A DNA stretch of 64,000 nt from Candidatus Iainarchaeum sp. (lineage in GTDB: Archaea; B1Sed10-29; WALL01; JAGHAM01). The DNA lies in assembly GCA_021161465.1 (NCBI GenBank), contig JAGHAM010000004.1, forward strand, positions 3,035 through 67,034, written 5' to 3'. Positions 28,448 through 38,766 of this stretch are shown here, piece after piece. A program made the translations under genes and the position numbers. The notes below the pieces were generated by a model. The model was not told the origin of the DNA. It worked only from the letters and a program-made list of their open reading frames with translations, and ran no database searches. Numbering within the stretch: the stretch's first letter is position 1; each line of letters opens with the position of its first letter.

Positions 28448-28699
28448 TTATTTCTTAAGTTTCTTGTAGCTGTATTCTACTTCATAGTGTTTCATCAACT
28501 TTTCAGCAATTTTTTGACCAGATTCTATCAGAGGTTGCCCGTACCTTTTGCCTATCCTTGTGCGAAATTCAACTTTACCAATAAATCTATAATGTTCTGG
28601 AGCAACTTTAAGGGCTTCCTCTTTAGATAATCCCAGTTCTACCCTTTTTCCGAACATTCTTGCTGCTTTAAAATCGTGTTCTTTAATCTTGGATTTCAC
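28448..28699 (-). CDS. hypothetical small basic protein (83 aa)
   Basis: ORF only. Confidence 0.35.
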   Translation of the reverse strand: MKSKIKEHDFKAARMFGKRVELGLSKEEALKVAPEHYRFIGKVEFRTRIGKRYGQPLIESGQKIAEKLMKHYEVEYSYKKLKK

Positions 28700-28727
28700 A
28701 GTTGCTTTATGTTAGTGAGGTTTAAGT

Positions 28728-29897
28728 TTATTTACGGGTTTTCATGAAATCTTCTATTCTGCTGAATGCTTCCTCTAGAACACCCTCTGGTGGCAGTGTG
28801 ACTATCCTAAAGTGGCCTCTTCCATACTCACCAAAGCCAGAACCAAAAACAGTTAGCACGTATTTCTCCTTCAACAAATCGAGAACCCATTTTTTGTCAT
28901 CAATGTTTCCATCCCCTATCTTAGGGAATGCATAGAAGGCTCCTTTTGGCTTAACACAAGGGAGCCCTATCTCATTGCATCTTTCATAGCAGTAGTTTGC
29001 CCTTTTCATTATCTTCCTTTTATTTTCTTCTAGGAAATCTCTTGGGCCATTTAACACTTCAGCCATCGCAAATTGAGCAGGCGTTGGGGCACAGAGATGG
29101 TTCCTAGCCTCCGCCGCGCAGGCATTGTAGAGCTCATCGCTGTTGTAAAATATACCATACCCTATCCTCCACCCAGTGGCGAAGAAGTTCTTGGACATAC
29201 CGTTCATTTGAACCACACTTGCACCAGCATCTACGGCTATCCTTGTTAGACAAGTGTATTTCTCAAACGTGAGTTCATCGTAAATCTCATCAGAAGTTAT
29301 GGTTAATTCGTTGTCAACAGCCAAATCAACTATTCCTTTAAGGGTTTCCTTTGAGTATACTGCTCCAGTTGGGTTGTTGGGGTTTATCACAGATATAATT
29401 TTAGTTTTAGGTGTAATCTTCTCTTTAATATCCTCCAAGTCAGGGTTCCACCCATTTCCTTCATCACATTTGTACTCTATGGACTTCCCACCAAAATATT
29501 TTGGGAAGGATAAATAAAGTGGATATGATGGGCTTGGTACTAGGGCCTCATCTCCTTTTTCGATGAGTGCACCAAAAACATACTGGATGAGCGGGCTTAC
29601 ACCATCGCCAACTATAACTCTTTCTTCGTCTACATCCAAATCATTTAACCTTTTTTCTCTTTTGGCAATTTCCCGTCTTGCTTCTGGTGTGCCACCACTG
29701 TCAGCATAGTAATTTTTACCTTCTCTTATCGCCTTTATGTATGCATCTTTGGCATATCCTGGAGCATCAAAGTCATATCCTCCCGGGTCGCCTATGTTTA
29801 ATTTTAGTATCTTGTGGCCCCCCTTTTCAAGCTCTCTCGCTGGGAGGACAACGTCTCTTATGGCGTATTCAAGTGTTGAAATCCTTTTGGCAATCAT
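28728..29897 (-). CDS. PLP-dependent aminotransferase, class I/II (aspartate/alanine aminotransferase family)
   Basis: 'NPNNPTGAVY', 'SKNFFATGWRIGY' (Lys-carrying SK motif), 389 aa. Confidence 0.8.
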   Translation of the reverse strand: MIAKRISTLEYAIRDVVLPARELEKGGHKILKLNIGDPGGYDFDAPGYAKDAYIKAIREGKNYYADSGGTPEARREIAKREKRLNDLDVDEERVIVGDGVSPLIQYVFGALIEKGDEALVPSPSYPLYLSFPKYFGGKSIEYKCDEGNGWNPDLEDIKEKITPKTKIISVINPNNPTGAVYSKETLKGIVDLAVDNELTITSDEIYDELTFEKYTCLTRIAVDAGASVVQMNGMSKNFFATGWRIGYGIFYNSDELYNACAAEARNHLCAPTPAQFAMAEVLNGPRDFLEENKRKIMKRANYCYERCNEIGLPCVKPKGAFYAFPKIGDGNIDDKKWVLDLLKEKYVLTVFGSGFGEYGRGHFRIVTLPPEGVLEEAFSRIEDFMKTRK

Positions 29898-29977
29898 ATG
29901 ACCACCAGTTCTCCATTTTTACATTTGGCCCTTAATAACTTATTGGTTTTTATATTGGATTTTCTTAAGCCCTATTT

Positions 29978-30907
29978 ATGTTTTGGAGATTGTCAAGTTG
30001 GATAGCAATCCTAATGCTTGGGTTGGTTGTTGGGATATTCCTAAATGAAGAGAAGAACAGGTTTGTGTTTAAGTTTTTGTTGGGTCTGGTCTTCGCAGTT
30101 ATCCTAAATCTATCTCTAAAATTCATCTTCAATATACCAAGATATATTGGCTTTGGGCCCGCCTTCCCCTCATTTCATGCACAGATGGCTTTTTTTATAG
30201 CTGTTATGGCATCGCTTGAAAAACCGAGGCTTGGATGGTTCCTGCTACCTTTAGCTGGCCTCATATCTTTTTCAAGAGTGGCTCTTGGCTTTCACTTGCT
30301 CGGTGAGGTAGTTGCGGGGGCTTTCCTTGGAACTTTAGTGGCTTATTGGTTTTTTAAGGTGAAGTTATCGGCTGTTTATCGTAAGGAGTTGGCAAGGCAG
30401 TTGGTTCATCTCTCTGGTATCCTGCTGGTGCCTTTGGCGATAATCTTGCCTGAAAAAATTGCCGGGGCGCTTTGCTTTCTTGCAGCACTTTTTATAATCT
30501 TTGCTCCATGGACACCAGTAGCCAGAATAGCAAAAGCCTTCCAGCGATTCAGGGAGAGAGGGTATAGGGGTGCATTCTACTTCTTCCTTGCTTCAGGGTT
30601 TGTCTTATTTGTTTTTCCATTTGAGGCTGCAGCTGCTGGCATAATTGCTTTAAGTGTTGGAGATTCTATTGCGACGATTTATGGAAGACACATTGGGAAG
30701 ATACATCTGTTCAAACATAAATCACTGGAAGGGAGCCTTGCTTGTTTTCTATTCGTTTATGCTGCAGTAGTGTTTATTTTGGGGCGTGAGCTAGCATTAC
30801 CCATTGCACTTACAGGCACCTTTGTAGAACTTTTTCCATGGTTTGATGATAATCTTTTGATACCTCCTGGTGTTGCCCTTGTCACCTACCTTGTACGTTT
30901 AATTTAG
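29978..30907 (+). CDS. membrane protein: N-terminal PAP2-like phosphatase domain fused to CTP-transferase/dolichol-kinase/CarS-like domain
   Basis: PAP2 motifs 'PSFHAQMAF' and 'SRVALGFHLLGEV'. C-terminal 'GDSIATIYGRHIGK....KSLEGSLA' signature of the CTP_transf_1 superfamily. Confidence 0.55.
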   Translation: MFWRLSSWIAILMLGLVVGIFLNEEKNRFVFKFLLGLVFAVILNLSLKFIFNIPRYIGFGPAFPSFHAQMAFFIAVMASLEKPRLGWFLLPLAGLISFSRVALGFHLLGEVVAGAFLGTLVAYWFFKVKLSAVYRKELARQLVHLSGILLVPLAIILPEKIAGALCFLAALFIIFAPWTPVARIAKAFQRFRERGYRGAFYFFLASGFVLFVFPFEAAAAGIIALSVGDSIATIYGRHIGKIHLFKHKSLEGSLACFLFVYAAVVFILGRELALPIALTGTFVELFPWFDDNLLIPPGVALVTYLVRLI

Positions 30908-30946
30908 CCCTGCAAAAGCTTAAATACCGCTTTTGAGTAGCATTTC

Positions 30947-31906
30947 ATGATGTTATCCTTGGGCAACGGGGTGCAGTATAAGGATTTGCTCTTTGACCCT
31001 ACCAGAAAGGCAGCTGATGGATTAGTGCTCATATCGCATGCACATTCAGACCACGCTAGGCAACATGATACGACTACAATTATGACACCAGAAACCTCAA
31101 AGATTACAGGGATAACAGGTAAGGTGTTGTCTTATGGGAAAACACACCAATTTGGGGAATTTAGGATAACGCCATACCCGGCTGGGCACATAATTGGTTC
31201 AGCACAGTATCTAGTTGAGGATGGCAAAACTATAGTTTATACTGGAGATTTCAGACTAAAGGATAGCATACTCTTTCCAGGGGCTGAACCCCTTAACTGC
31301 GATGAGCTTGTCATAGAGTCCACATTTGGCTCGCCAGAGTATACCTTTCCTGACCCATATGATGTTTACAAAGATATGTCAGGTTGGGTGTCTAAAAACC
31401 ACTCTAGGGGGCGGATAGTGCTAATTGGGGCATACTCCATTGGGAAGGCTCAAGAGATAACCCGAATGCTGAACGAATATACGGCTATAACCCCTCTGGT
31501 TCACCCGAAAATAAAAGCAGTGAATGATACGAGTGTGTTATCTGGTGTCAAATTAGGGGACTACCTGTCATTGGATTCTGAGGAAGCAAGGGAGATTTCA
31601 AGAGAGCCATTTGTTGCCTTGCTACCCCACAGGATGATTTCTAGAAATACTATCGAAAGTGTCATGCTACAGACAGGGCGAGATGTGGTTGCATGTGTCG
31701 CGACTGGGTGGGCCGGGCGTTTCAGCAGGTTTAAGGCATTTCCATTAAGCGACCATGCTGACTTCAATCAGCTCGTTGACTATGTAGAACACGCAGAACC
31801 CAAGAAGGTTTATACTACCCACGGTTTCGCAAAAACACTTGCAAGCCAGCTTAGTCATAAAGGATTCAATGCAAAGCCACTTGAAAAAGCCAACAGGCAG
31901 AGTTAG
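30947..31906 (+). CDS. metallo-beta-lactamase-fold nuclease (beta-CASP family)
   Basis: 'LISHAHSDHA' HxHxDH, 'YPAGHIIGSA', 'TGDF' and a downstream His/Asp beta-CASP-like block. 319 aa. Confidence 0.6.
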   Translation: MMLSLGNGVQYKDLLFDPTRKAADGLVLISHAHSDHARQHDTTTIMTPETSKITGITGKVLSYGKTHQFGEFRITPYPAGHIIGSAQYLVEDGKTIVYTGDFRLKDSILFPGAEPLNCDELVIESTFGSPEYTFPDPYDVYKDMSGWVSKNHSRGRIVLIGAYSIGKAQEITRMLNEYTAITPLVHPKIKAVNDTSVLSGVKLGDYLSLDSEEAREISREPFVALLPHRMISRNTIESVMLQTGRDVVACVATGWAGRFSRFKAFPLSDHADFNQLVDYVEHAEPKKVYTTHGFAKTLASQLSHKGFNAKPLEKANRQS

Positions 31907-31974
31907 GCAGCTTCCTTCAGGGGTGTAGTTTTTTATACCAGAACAAGATAACTCTTAATATTGAGGCGGTAGTT

Positions 31975-32478
31975 ATGGCTGAACTTAAGAAACAAGCGCA
32001 TTTCAAGGATATCCCCAAGATTGTTGTATTGCATGCTATTGAATCTATATCGGCAGCATTGATACAGGATGCGAAATACAATTATGGGAGAGAGTTTGGA
32101 TTTGATTCCAGCCTTGAGATGAAAGAGGCACAAGGCTTGGTTGAGTCATCAGTTAAATTTTTTCCATACACCTACAATTTCAGGTGGTTGGTTGCCCCTG
32201 ATGAAGGTGGTTATCTAGTTACGTTTATAGGCAAGACTCCTGGCAGCTGGTGGGAGTTTCTGTACTCAATGGACAAAAAGCTTGATAACCTCATGGAGAC
32301 ACAGTGGGCTGCCTTGATAAACTTTGGTATTGGCTATCTAACGGCTAAGTATTACACTAAGAGTGTTAAGTCGCCTGGCCCAACATCTCCACCAAAAGAG
32401 CACATAAAGAAGGCTAGAAACAAGCTGGTTCAGAAGATTGGTAAAGAACAAAAGAAGACACCCATCGATAAGAGATAG
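31975..32478 (+). CDS. hypothetical protein (167 aa)
   Basis: ORF only. Directly precedes paralog B. Confidence 0.4.
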   Translation: MAELKKQAHFKDIPKIVVLHAIESISAALIQDAKYNYGREFGFDSSLEMKEAQGLVESSVKFFPYTYNFRWLVAPDEGGYLVTFIGKTPGSWWEFLYSMDKKLDNLMETQWAALINFGIGYLTAKYYTKSVKSPGPTSPPKEHIKKARNKLVQKIGKEQKKTPIDKR

Positions 32479-32513
32479 AAACATATTAATAGTTTTTATT
32501 AATCAATCTTCTC

Positions 32514-33077
32514 ATGGTTTCTAAGAAGAGGATACACATTTTCAAGTTTAATCCAGATAGCAAAGAACATCTGCAAGCTTTAAGGGAACTAGTTGAGGAC
32601 AGCATGATGGACAGTGTTTTTGAAGATTACTTAACCAATGGTAAATCAGATAGACTGAATGGGCATTCGTCATGGGTAACGAGTATGAAGGCTCACCTAC
32701 AAAAGAAAGGCAAGGTAATAACCTATCTACAAAAGGTTGATGAAGAATACTCTGGTTTTATTACGGTTGAGCCAAAGAAGAAGGAGAAGAAGACGTTCGT
32801 TCATGACATATTTGTGCGACCAGAGTTCAGAGAAACATATGTTGAGGAATACCCAAAAGAGCTTGGCGGCCCACTCAAGAAAAGGCGTGAGCAGCCATTG
32901 ATGCTTGCAGCGAAACTTTTACGGTATGTGGCAAAAACCCATGGATTCCCACTTGATGGGATATGGCTCCCGCCACACGGTGAAAGGGCTAACGAGAAGT
33001 ATGGTGAAAAATATAACGCTGGCTATTTTAGATTACGGGGGATGAAAGCCAGACACAGAAAGAAAAGAGAAATCTAG
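32514..33077 (+). CDS. conserved hypothetical protein, paralog of 23289..23837
   Basis: See 23289. Conserved blocks are present throughout the length. Confidence 0.5.
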   Translation: MVSKKRIHIFKFNPDSKEHLQALRELVEDSMMDSVFEDYLTNGKSDRLNGHSSWVTSMKAHLQKKGKVITYLQKVDEEYSGFITVEPKKKEKKTFVHDIFVRPEFRETYVEEYPKELGGPLKKRREQPLMLAAKLLRYVAKTHGFPLDGIWLPPHGERANEKYGEKYNAGYFRLRGMKARHRKKREI

Positions 33078-33514
33078 TTTGAGAGGTCTATGGTGTGGCT
33101 TAGTCTCTCTCCTGTTTTTGGGTGGAACCCAAACAACACAAACTTGGCATTTTTCAAACCCTTTAAATCAACCTTGCCCTTCAGCTCTTTTAGGACTTCT
33201 TTTGGGTTTATCTTGGACGGTTCTTCAATATACCTAAGGAATAGGCTGCCATAAGCGACTCTCGGCTTTAGTGGTTTCTTTGACATAGCGGTTTCTTTTA
33301 TACCCTCAAAATAAGCTATGAAATATGGGTTGTCTTTTGTTGGCTCGTGACTGTATCTATTTATAGCTATTCTCTTGTCTCCAGTGTATCCTCTTGATGG
33401 GTCATTTATGAATTTGGATAGCTCAGAGGCTCTGCGCCAGCCTGGTCTCTTTCTCTCAAGCCTCTTTAGGTTTTCGAATACTACGCGCGTTTGTCCTCTG
33501 GGCTTTCCTGGCAT
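33074..33514 (-). CDS. hypothetical protein (146 aa)
   Basis: ORF with a basic N-terminus. Confidence 0.4.
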   Translation of the reverse strand: MPGKPRGQTRVVFENLKRLERKRPGWRRASELSKFINDPSRGYTGDKRIAINRYSHEPTKDNPYFIAYFEGIKETAMSKKPLKPRVAYGSLFLRYIEEPSKINPKEVLKELKGKVDLKGLKNAKFVLFGFHPKTGERLSHTIDLSN

Positions 33515-33566
33515 AGTTTAAAGTTGTGCTCAGTGATTTAAAAGCATTTGTGTTTTTAGGAGGTTT

Positions 33567-33956
33567 TCATCGTCTGTTTTTGGACCTTGTTATCTCGCTA
33601 ATCTCGACCAGGAGCGCGCCTTTGCATGCCAACCCTTTCTTTGCTTTCAGCTTTTTGCAAAGCTGGAACCATTTTCCCTCACTGAAGTATTTGCATTTTC
33701 CTGAGAATTGGTATCCCTCATAGTTCTTATCCCATGCAACTAAGGCCACATTGCTGTTGTCTTGGATATTCTCCAAGGTTGTTTTCATGTAGGTGTCACA
33801 CAAAAGTATCTTGTTTTTGCCTATTACTTTGTAGCAGGTAATTGCGATAACATGGGGCTTGCCTTTTTTCGTAGTAGCAAGAGCAATGGGTTTACCCTCT
33901 ATGAGTTCTTTAATGTGAGGGCTAATTTCTTTCATGACTACCATAACTAAAGGCAC
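33567..33956 (-). CDS. pyridoxamine 5'-phosphate oxidase-like FMN-binding split-barrel protein
   Basis: Size and pattern ('IALATTKKGKPHVIAITCYKV...KILLCDTYMKTT...VALVAWD') typical of PNPOx-like/flavin-reductase-like proteins. Confidence 0.5.
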   Translation of the reverse strand: MPLVMVVMKEISPHIKELIEGKPIALATTKKGKPHVIAITCYKVIGKNKILLCDTYMKTTLENIQDNSNVALVAWDKNYEGYQFSGKCKYFSEGKWFQLCKKLKAKKGLACKGALLVEISEITRSKNRR

Positions 33957-34063
33957 ATATATAAATCTTCTCGAGGCTGGTATGGTTAGTTCTATGCGTG
34001 CGGAGATGAGCTGGTGAGCTGCATTCGAAATGCTTAATTAGTTTCCTTTCTAAAAGTCAACAT

Positions 34064-35245
34064 ATGCTTGGAGAGGATTTTATTGATGTCGGGAAGAGAG
34101 TTAAGGAGGAAGGGCTCTCTAGGCTTAAAAAAATCCATAGTTATTATTTCCAATGCCTCAAGTTGGTTGATACAATTGAGGACCAGAAGTATAAAGCAGA
34201 GCAGCTGAAGGGGAGAGATTTAGTCATTAGGAATAAGCATGCTAAGAGGACAGCAAAAACCATAAAGAGGATAAACCAATTGTTTGGCGTGATAAATCAG
34301 TCATTCCTGAGGGGTGAGCTAAAAGATTTTGAGGGGAAAGCATTTGCTGTTGCAATCCAACAGTCACTGAAGGAAGGGGTTTCATCAATTTCTAGGCCAA
34401 CCTGTGCTACGTGCCACATACAAAGGCTTGAGCCCATGGCTGGAACCACGAGTGAAGCGAGGAAAGCCTTAAGCCAGCTGGATAAATTGGTTCTTTTGTA
34501 TGAAGACTACGAGAAGAAAAGGCAGGCTCTGGATAAGAGGATAAAGGGGCTTAAGGGAGATATACATAACATTGAGAATAAAATGAGGGAACTACAGAAA
34601 GTTAGCGAAACTCTAAAGGAAATAAAAGACAGTGATAAGCTGATTAAAGACTACGAGCAGTTGGGGCAGCTCTTGGAGAACTATGAGTCTATCAGAAGGA
34701 AGCGTTTGTCACTCCTTGCAACCAAACCTGTGCCGGATTTGGTGAAAGCATTTTATAGCGATAAAAAATCTGGTGAGATTGGTTTTCCTATACCAAATGA
34801 CGAGAAAGCTTTAAAGGAACTTTCTGCTGTTGCCAGTCACGACTGCCCCAACTTTTCTGCAGGACAGCTACTTGAGTGTCTAACTTACAATGATAAAAAG
34901 CTATCTCATATGACCCCAGAACCAACAAAACTAAAGCAACTAGTCTTGGATAACCATAACTGGCTTTCAAGCGTAGATGGGCTACCCAATTCTGACTTCC
35001 TAAAGTTAACTATGGAGAGCTCAAAGGCAGATGTGGAAAAGGCCGGAGAGTTTCTGAGGGTTGACAAGGAGCTAATCGATGAAATAAAGAATCTGGTAGA
35101 AACTGTTGATGCTAAAGAAGCTGTAAGGGCTAAAAGTTTAATCTTAAAATCAAAGCAGGAGTCTATGAGCCAGCTTAGGGAAAAATGGGAGAGCGCCAGC
35201 AAGGAGTTAGCTAATCTACTGAAGATAAAACAAAACTATTTCTAA
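34064..35245 (+). CDS. coiled-coil protein, hypothetical
   Basis: Long heptad-rich segments. No enzymatic motif. Confidence 0.4.
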   Translation: MLGEDFIDVGKRVKEEGLSRLKKIHSYYFQCLKLVDTIEDQKYKAEQLKGRDLVIRNKHAKRTAKTIKRINQLFGVINQSFLRGELKDFEGKAFAVAIQQSLKEGVSSISRPTCATCHIQRLEPMAGTTSEARKALSQLDKLVLLYEDYEKKRQALDKRIKGLKGDIHNIENKMRELQKVSETLKEIKDSDKLIKDYEQLGQLLENYESIRRKRLSLLATKPVPDLVKAFYSDKKSGEIGFPIPNDEKALKELSAVASHDCPNFSAGQLLECLTYNDKKLSHMTPEPTKLKQLVLDNHNWLSSVDGLPNSDFLKLTMESSKADVEKAGEFLRVDKELIDEIKNLVETVDAKEAVRAKSLILKSKQESMSQLREKWESASKELANLLKIKQNYF

Positions 35246-35247
35246 CC

Positions 35248-35781
35248 TCAAAGTTCTTTGACCACGAATTTTTTACCTTGCATTCCTTGTTTTGGGAACC
35301 CTAGGCAGATGGTCAGGTCCGCGTCAACCTCCAATTCTGTGCCAATACCCGTTGGCACATCGACACTTACGATGAATACGCCTGCTTTCTTCCTGGCGTT
35401 TATTTCATTGACCAAACCCCTTATTGGTTCTCGCAGTTCCCCTTTGATGCCTATCCCAAGCAGGCAGTCGACTATGCAGTCAAAGCCATCTATAGAATCC
35501 ACAAACCTATCTGGAGATAGCTTTTCTCTATTAATCTCGGCCTCTGTGGTTTTGGTTTCAAAAGGAGCATACACTTTCGAATCTGGCAGGTGTCGTGCAG
35601 CCGTGAAGCAATCACCCCCATTGTTGCCTGAGCCGCATATAAACACAATATTACTGCATACACCTTGTTTCATAAGCTTCTTTAGTTCCTCTGCCACAGC
35701 CTTCCCTGCGTGTTCCATAAGCTGTAGGTGGTCCTTGCCTTTCTCCCAGGCGCGCATCTCTTCAACTGTAACGAATTTCAT
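35248..35781 (-). CDS. NAD(P)H-hydrate epimerase (YjeF N-terminal domain)
   Basis: 'IVFICGSGNNGGDCFTAARHL' signature of the YjeF_N family. Confidence 0.7.
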   Translation of the reverse strand: MKFVTVEEMRAWEKGKDHLQLMEHAGKAVAEELKKLMKQGVCSNIVFICGSGNNGGDCFTAARHLPDSKVYAPFETKTTEAEINREKLSPDRFVDSIDGFDCIVDCLLGIGIKGELREPIRGLVNEINARKKAGVFIVSVDVPTGIGTELEVDADLTICLGFPKQGMQGKKFVVKEL

Positions 35782-36023
35782 TTTTCTCCCTTCTGTAACA
35801 TTCTAACCAATTCACTGAATTTTAGCATTCTGTGTTTTGGAAGTTCCTCCTCAAACTTACCTAAGTCCGCTTCTATGCTATTTGGTGATAGAAAGTGAAT
35901 CATACCTACTTTATAGTCAATCTTACCAGCCCGCATTCCATCTACCATAAGTTTTGCAGTTGGCTCCTCGGGCATGTGATTTATTGATTTATCTAATTTA
36001 AAACTTTTGCACAGATAATACAA
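35778..36023 (-). CDS. hypothetical small protein (81 aa)
   Basis: ORF overlapping the start of the YjeF-N gene by 4 nt. Confidence 0.3.
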   Translation of the reverse strand: MYYLCKSFKLDKSINHMPEEPTAKLMVDGMRAGKIDYKVGMIHFLSPNSIEADLGKFEEELPKHRMLKFSELVRMLQKGEK

Positions 36024-36124
36024 GTTGTAATGGTGTACCTACCATCCCTGTTTCATCTGCAGGATTTATTAATGATAGCTGTGTAACTAACACTTAGTGG
36101 TCAGGGATTAAAGGAGTTATAAAA

Positions 36125-36784
36125 ATGGCTGATATAGATTTAGAGGCTGCGAAGGAGAGGATTAGGAAAGCAGCACGTGGTGAGCGTAGTGAAACCACTG
36201 TTAAGCTATGGTTCGATATCCTGCCCAAAGATGTTCAGGAAAAACTTAGGAAGGATGATGAAATAAGGGATCTCCTACCGAAGTTATTTGAGGCCAAGCC
36301 AAAGGCGAGGCGCAGGTCTCCAAAAATCAAATTAGAGCCTGGCGAATTCTCATCGTTTATAGGTAAACATGCTGATGATATAGTGCAATCCTATGATGCT
36401 CTGGTTGAAAAGATAAAAGAGCGTGGTAGGGGCTACAAGTATCGGAAGCCAACATGGTCGGAGTTTATGGAAGAAATGGCCAATAGGGGTGTTCCTAAGG
36501 ATGTACTTAGTCGTATGCAGAAGAGTTTCGGAAATCAGGAGAGGTATACCGGTAGGAAACTAAAGTTCATGTTCCAAAAATCCGCGGAAATCAGTGATGC
36601 TATACTGGAAGTAGCCTATAAACATGAGGCTAAGGACTTTAGGGTGGAAAGAATGTCATTGAGAGAACTATCAAGGCACCCCCGCATAAAAACAGATATC
36701 ACTACGCTAAAAAGGAATCTAAGAAAGATGAAAGAGGTTCCCGTTGTAAAGAAGTTTATACAACACCATAAATACAGAGTGTAA
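36125..36784 (+). CDS. hypothetical basic protein (219 aa)
   Basis: ORF only. Confidence 0.4.
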   Translation: MADIDLEAAKERIRKAARGERSETTVKLWFDILPKDVQEKLRKDDEIRDLLPKLFEAKPKARRRSPKIKLEPGEFSSFIGKHADDIVQSYDALVEKIKERGRGYKYRKPTWSEFMEEMANRGVPKDVLSRMQKSFGNQERYTGRKLKFMFQKSAEISDAILEVAYKHEAKDFRVERMSLRELSRHPRIKTDITTLKRNLRKMKEVPVVKKFIQHHKYRV

Positions 36785-37039
36785 TTGTTCTGCTTATCTT
36801 CTAACTCTCTTCCTGTGCCCTAGACATTTCTGTCATCAATACCCAACGTTCTTGATAGTTTTGAGAACTTCTTCTCAACGTGTTTTTATCTATTCTTTGT
36901 ATCTATATACGTGCTCTCTTGCTAATTCCTGGGATTCACAGGTTAGTATTACTGAGGCAGACATTTTAAGTTGGTAAATGAAAAATCTAAGAGGCTATCC
37001 CTTCAGATGCAAGGTAAAAGACTATTTGTTCATAAATTA

Positions 37040-37969
37040 TTAAGGCAGGCTTGAAAAGTTACCAATCCCTGTCTTATCCATCCCTTTCACAAGTTCAACT
37101 AGACTCTTAATATCCCTTTCAACCTCTTCTGGTTTTGGTTTGCCGGCACTGATTACCGTGTATTTTCCTATACCTCTATCCGTAAGCTTTAGCTTAAAGC
37201 TTCGATTCACTAATGGTAAAATTGTCCTTCTTGTTCTTGAATCTAAGTAGCCTTTACATTTCACTTCATCGTTTGTTAAGACTAAAACTCTTGAATCAAA
37301 CTTTGCATCCCCCGTTTTAGCTTCATTAAATCCAGAAGGTTTCTTGATAAATGACTCTATTAATGGTTTTGGTTTCATGTGTATTAAGAAATCACCATCT
37401 GGTTCTTCGTCCTCCTCATACTTTGTTACAAGTATAGATGTTTCATATATATCCATAAGCTCCCCATAAGATATCCTACAGGGAAGCCTGCACAGTATAT
37501 TATAGTTATCTATCCTTCCAGTTAGGATGTTAACACTTTCATCTTTGCCTTTAATCCTATCCCTCAAGCTTGATTTCTTTTTGTACACATATACTGTTCC
37601 ACCAAAGTCTCTTGCAATCCTAATCAATCTTTTTATGACCCTCCAATCATTTTCAATGCCTACGGTAAGAGTCCATGGGAAAACGATAATGAGTATTGAT
37701 AAGAGTAACAACCAAAAAACAATCTGTAGGCCTTCATTGCTCAAAAGTTTTGAACCATGAGCTATACTGTTGTAAACTACTAGAGACCCGAAGGAAACCA
37801 AAAAAATGAAAATCAGCGTAAGCTTTATTCTTGATTTCATTTTTTCTTTCTTTGAAACAGTTCTAAATACGTAGTCGCCTCTAAGGTCATATAATTTTGA
37901 GTCATCTGGAATCTCTATATAAACATTCCCAGCTAATACTCTCTTCATGGAATAATAGGAAACGTCCAT
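37040..37969 (-). CDS. membrane-anchored hypothetical protein
   Basis: Two N-proximal TM helices and a soluble C-terminal domain. Confidence 0.45.
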   Translation of the reverse strand: MDVSYYSMKRVLAGNVYIEIPDDSKLYDLRGDYVFRTVSKKEKMKSRIKLTLIFIFLVSFGSLVVYNSIAHGSKLLSNEGLQIVFWLLLLSILIIVFPWTLTVGIENDWRVIKRLIRIARDFGGTVYVYKKKSSLRDRIKGKDESVNILTGRIDNYNILCRLPCRISYGELMDIYETSILVTKYEEDEEPDGDFLIHMKPKPLIESFIKKPSGFNEAKTGDAKFDSRVLVLTNDEVKCKGYLDSRTRRTILPLVNRSFKLKLTDRGIGKYTVISAGKPKPEEVERDIKSLVELVKGMDKTGIGNFSSLP

Positions 37970-37977
37970 ACTTTAAA

Positions 37978-38766
37978 TTATTTAGTCCTCTTTCCAACAT
38001 TTTTAATGGTTTCGAAAGCCCTGTTTGCGAATTCATCGCTTACCTGAATCCAGTGTGTTAGCCACTCACCAACACTCATAGCTGGCTGGACTACAGTTTT
38101 AACAGCTTTGCTACTGTTTATGCCTTTAATAGTTTTGGCTGTTTTTGATATCTCTCCACCACGCGAGGCAACCCTCCCTGTAGCAGACAATCCTCTTGCT
38201 GATACTCCCTGACCTTTAACCAAAGCGCCTTGTGTTTTTGCTAGAGCACTTTCAGTCCTAACAGCAAGGCCTTCAACTCTGGTTACCATACCCTGAAGTC
38301 TTGCCAGCCTTGTTATAACAGCAAGGCCACCAAGGATAGGAAGTAGTTCAGTCACAAGTATAAACCCATCTATGCCGTCAGCCGTGTTTTCGTTTCCATG
38401 GTAAAATTCAACCGAGCGCCAGAGCAGGTATGCAATACCTGACGCGCTGAGTAAGATTGTGCCTACCATTATTACTTGCTCATCTTCCAGAAAACTTGCC
38501 CAGACTAAAACAAAGGCGCCAGAAACAGCTAAAGTAGTCATAGCCTTGTATGGCTCATAAAGTGATTCTTTCAAGAAATTTCCCATGCGGTGCAGTTTAA
38601 AGACAACTCGTAATGCACCAAGAACAAGCATTAAAATCCTGCTGATAGTCCTCAAGGGGTGTCTTATCACCCAGAAGATACCCTTAACTAGCTCAATGAG
38701 GGACTTCCCCCATCCTTTAAAGACGCGAACCACGCCACGCGCGAATCGCCCCAAAACTTTTTGCAT
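37978..38766 (-). CDS. integral membrane protein, hypothetical
   Basis: Multiple TM helices. 8 nt upstream of the 37040 gene on the same strand. Confidence 0.45.
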   Translation of the reverse strand: MQKVLGRFARGVVRVFKGWGKSLIELVKGIFWVIRHPLRTISRILMLVLGALRVVFKLHRMGNFLKESLYEPYKAMTTLAVSGAFVLVWASFLEDEQVIMVGTILLSASGIAYLLWRSVEFYHGNENTADGIDGFILVTELLPILGGLAVITRLARLQGMVTRVEGLAVRTESALAKTQGALVKGQGVSARGLSATGRVASRGGEISKTAKTIKGINSSKAVKTVVQPAMSVGEWLTHWIQVSDEFANRAFETIKNVGKRTK

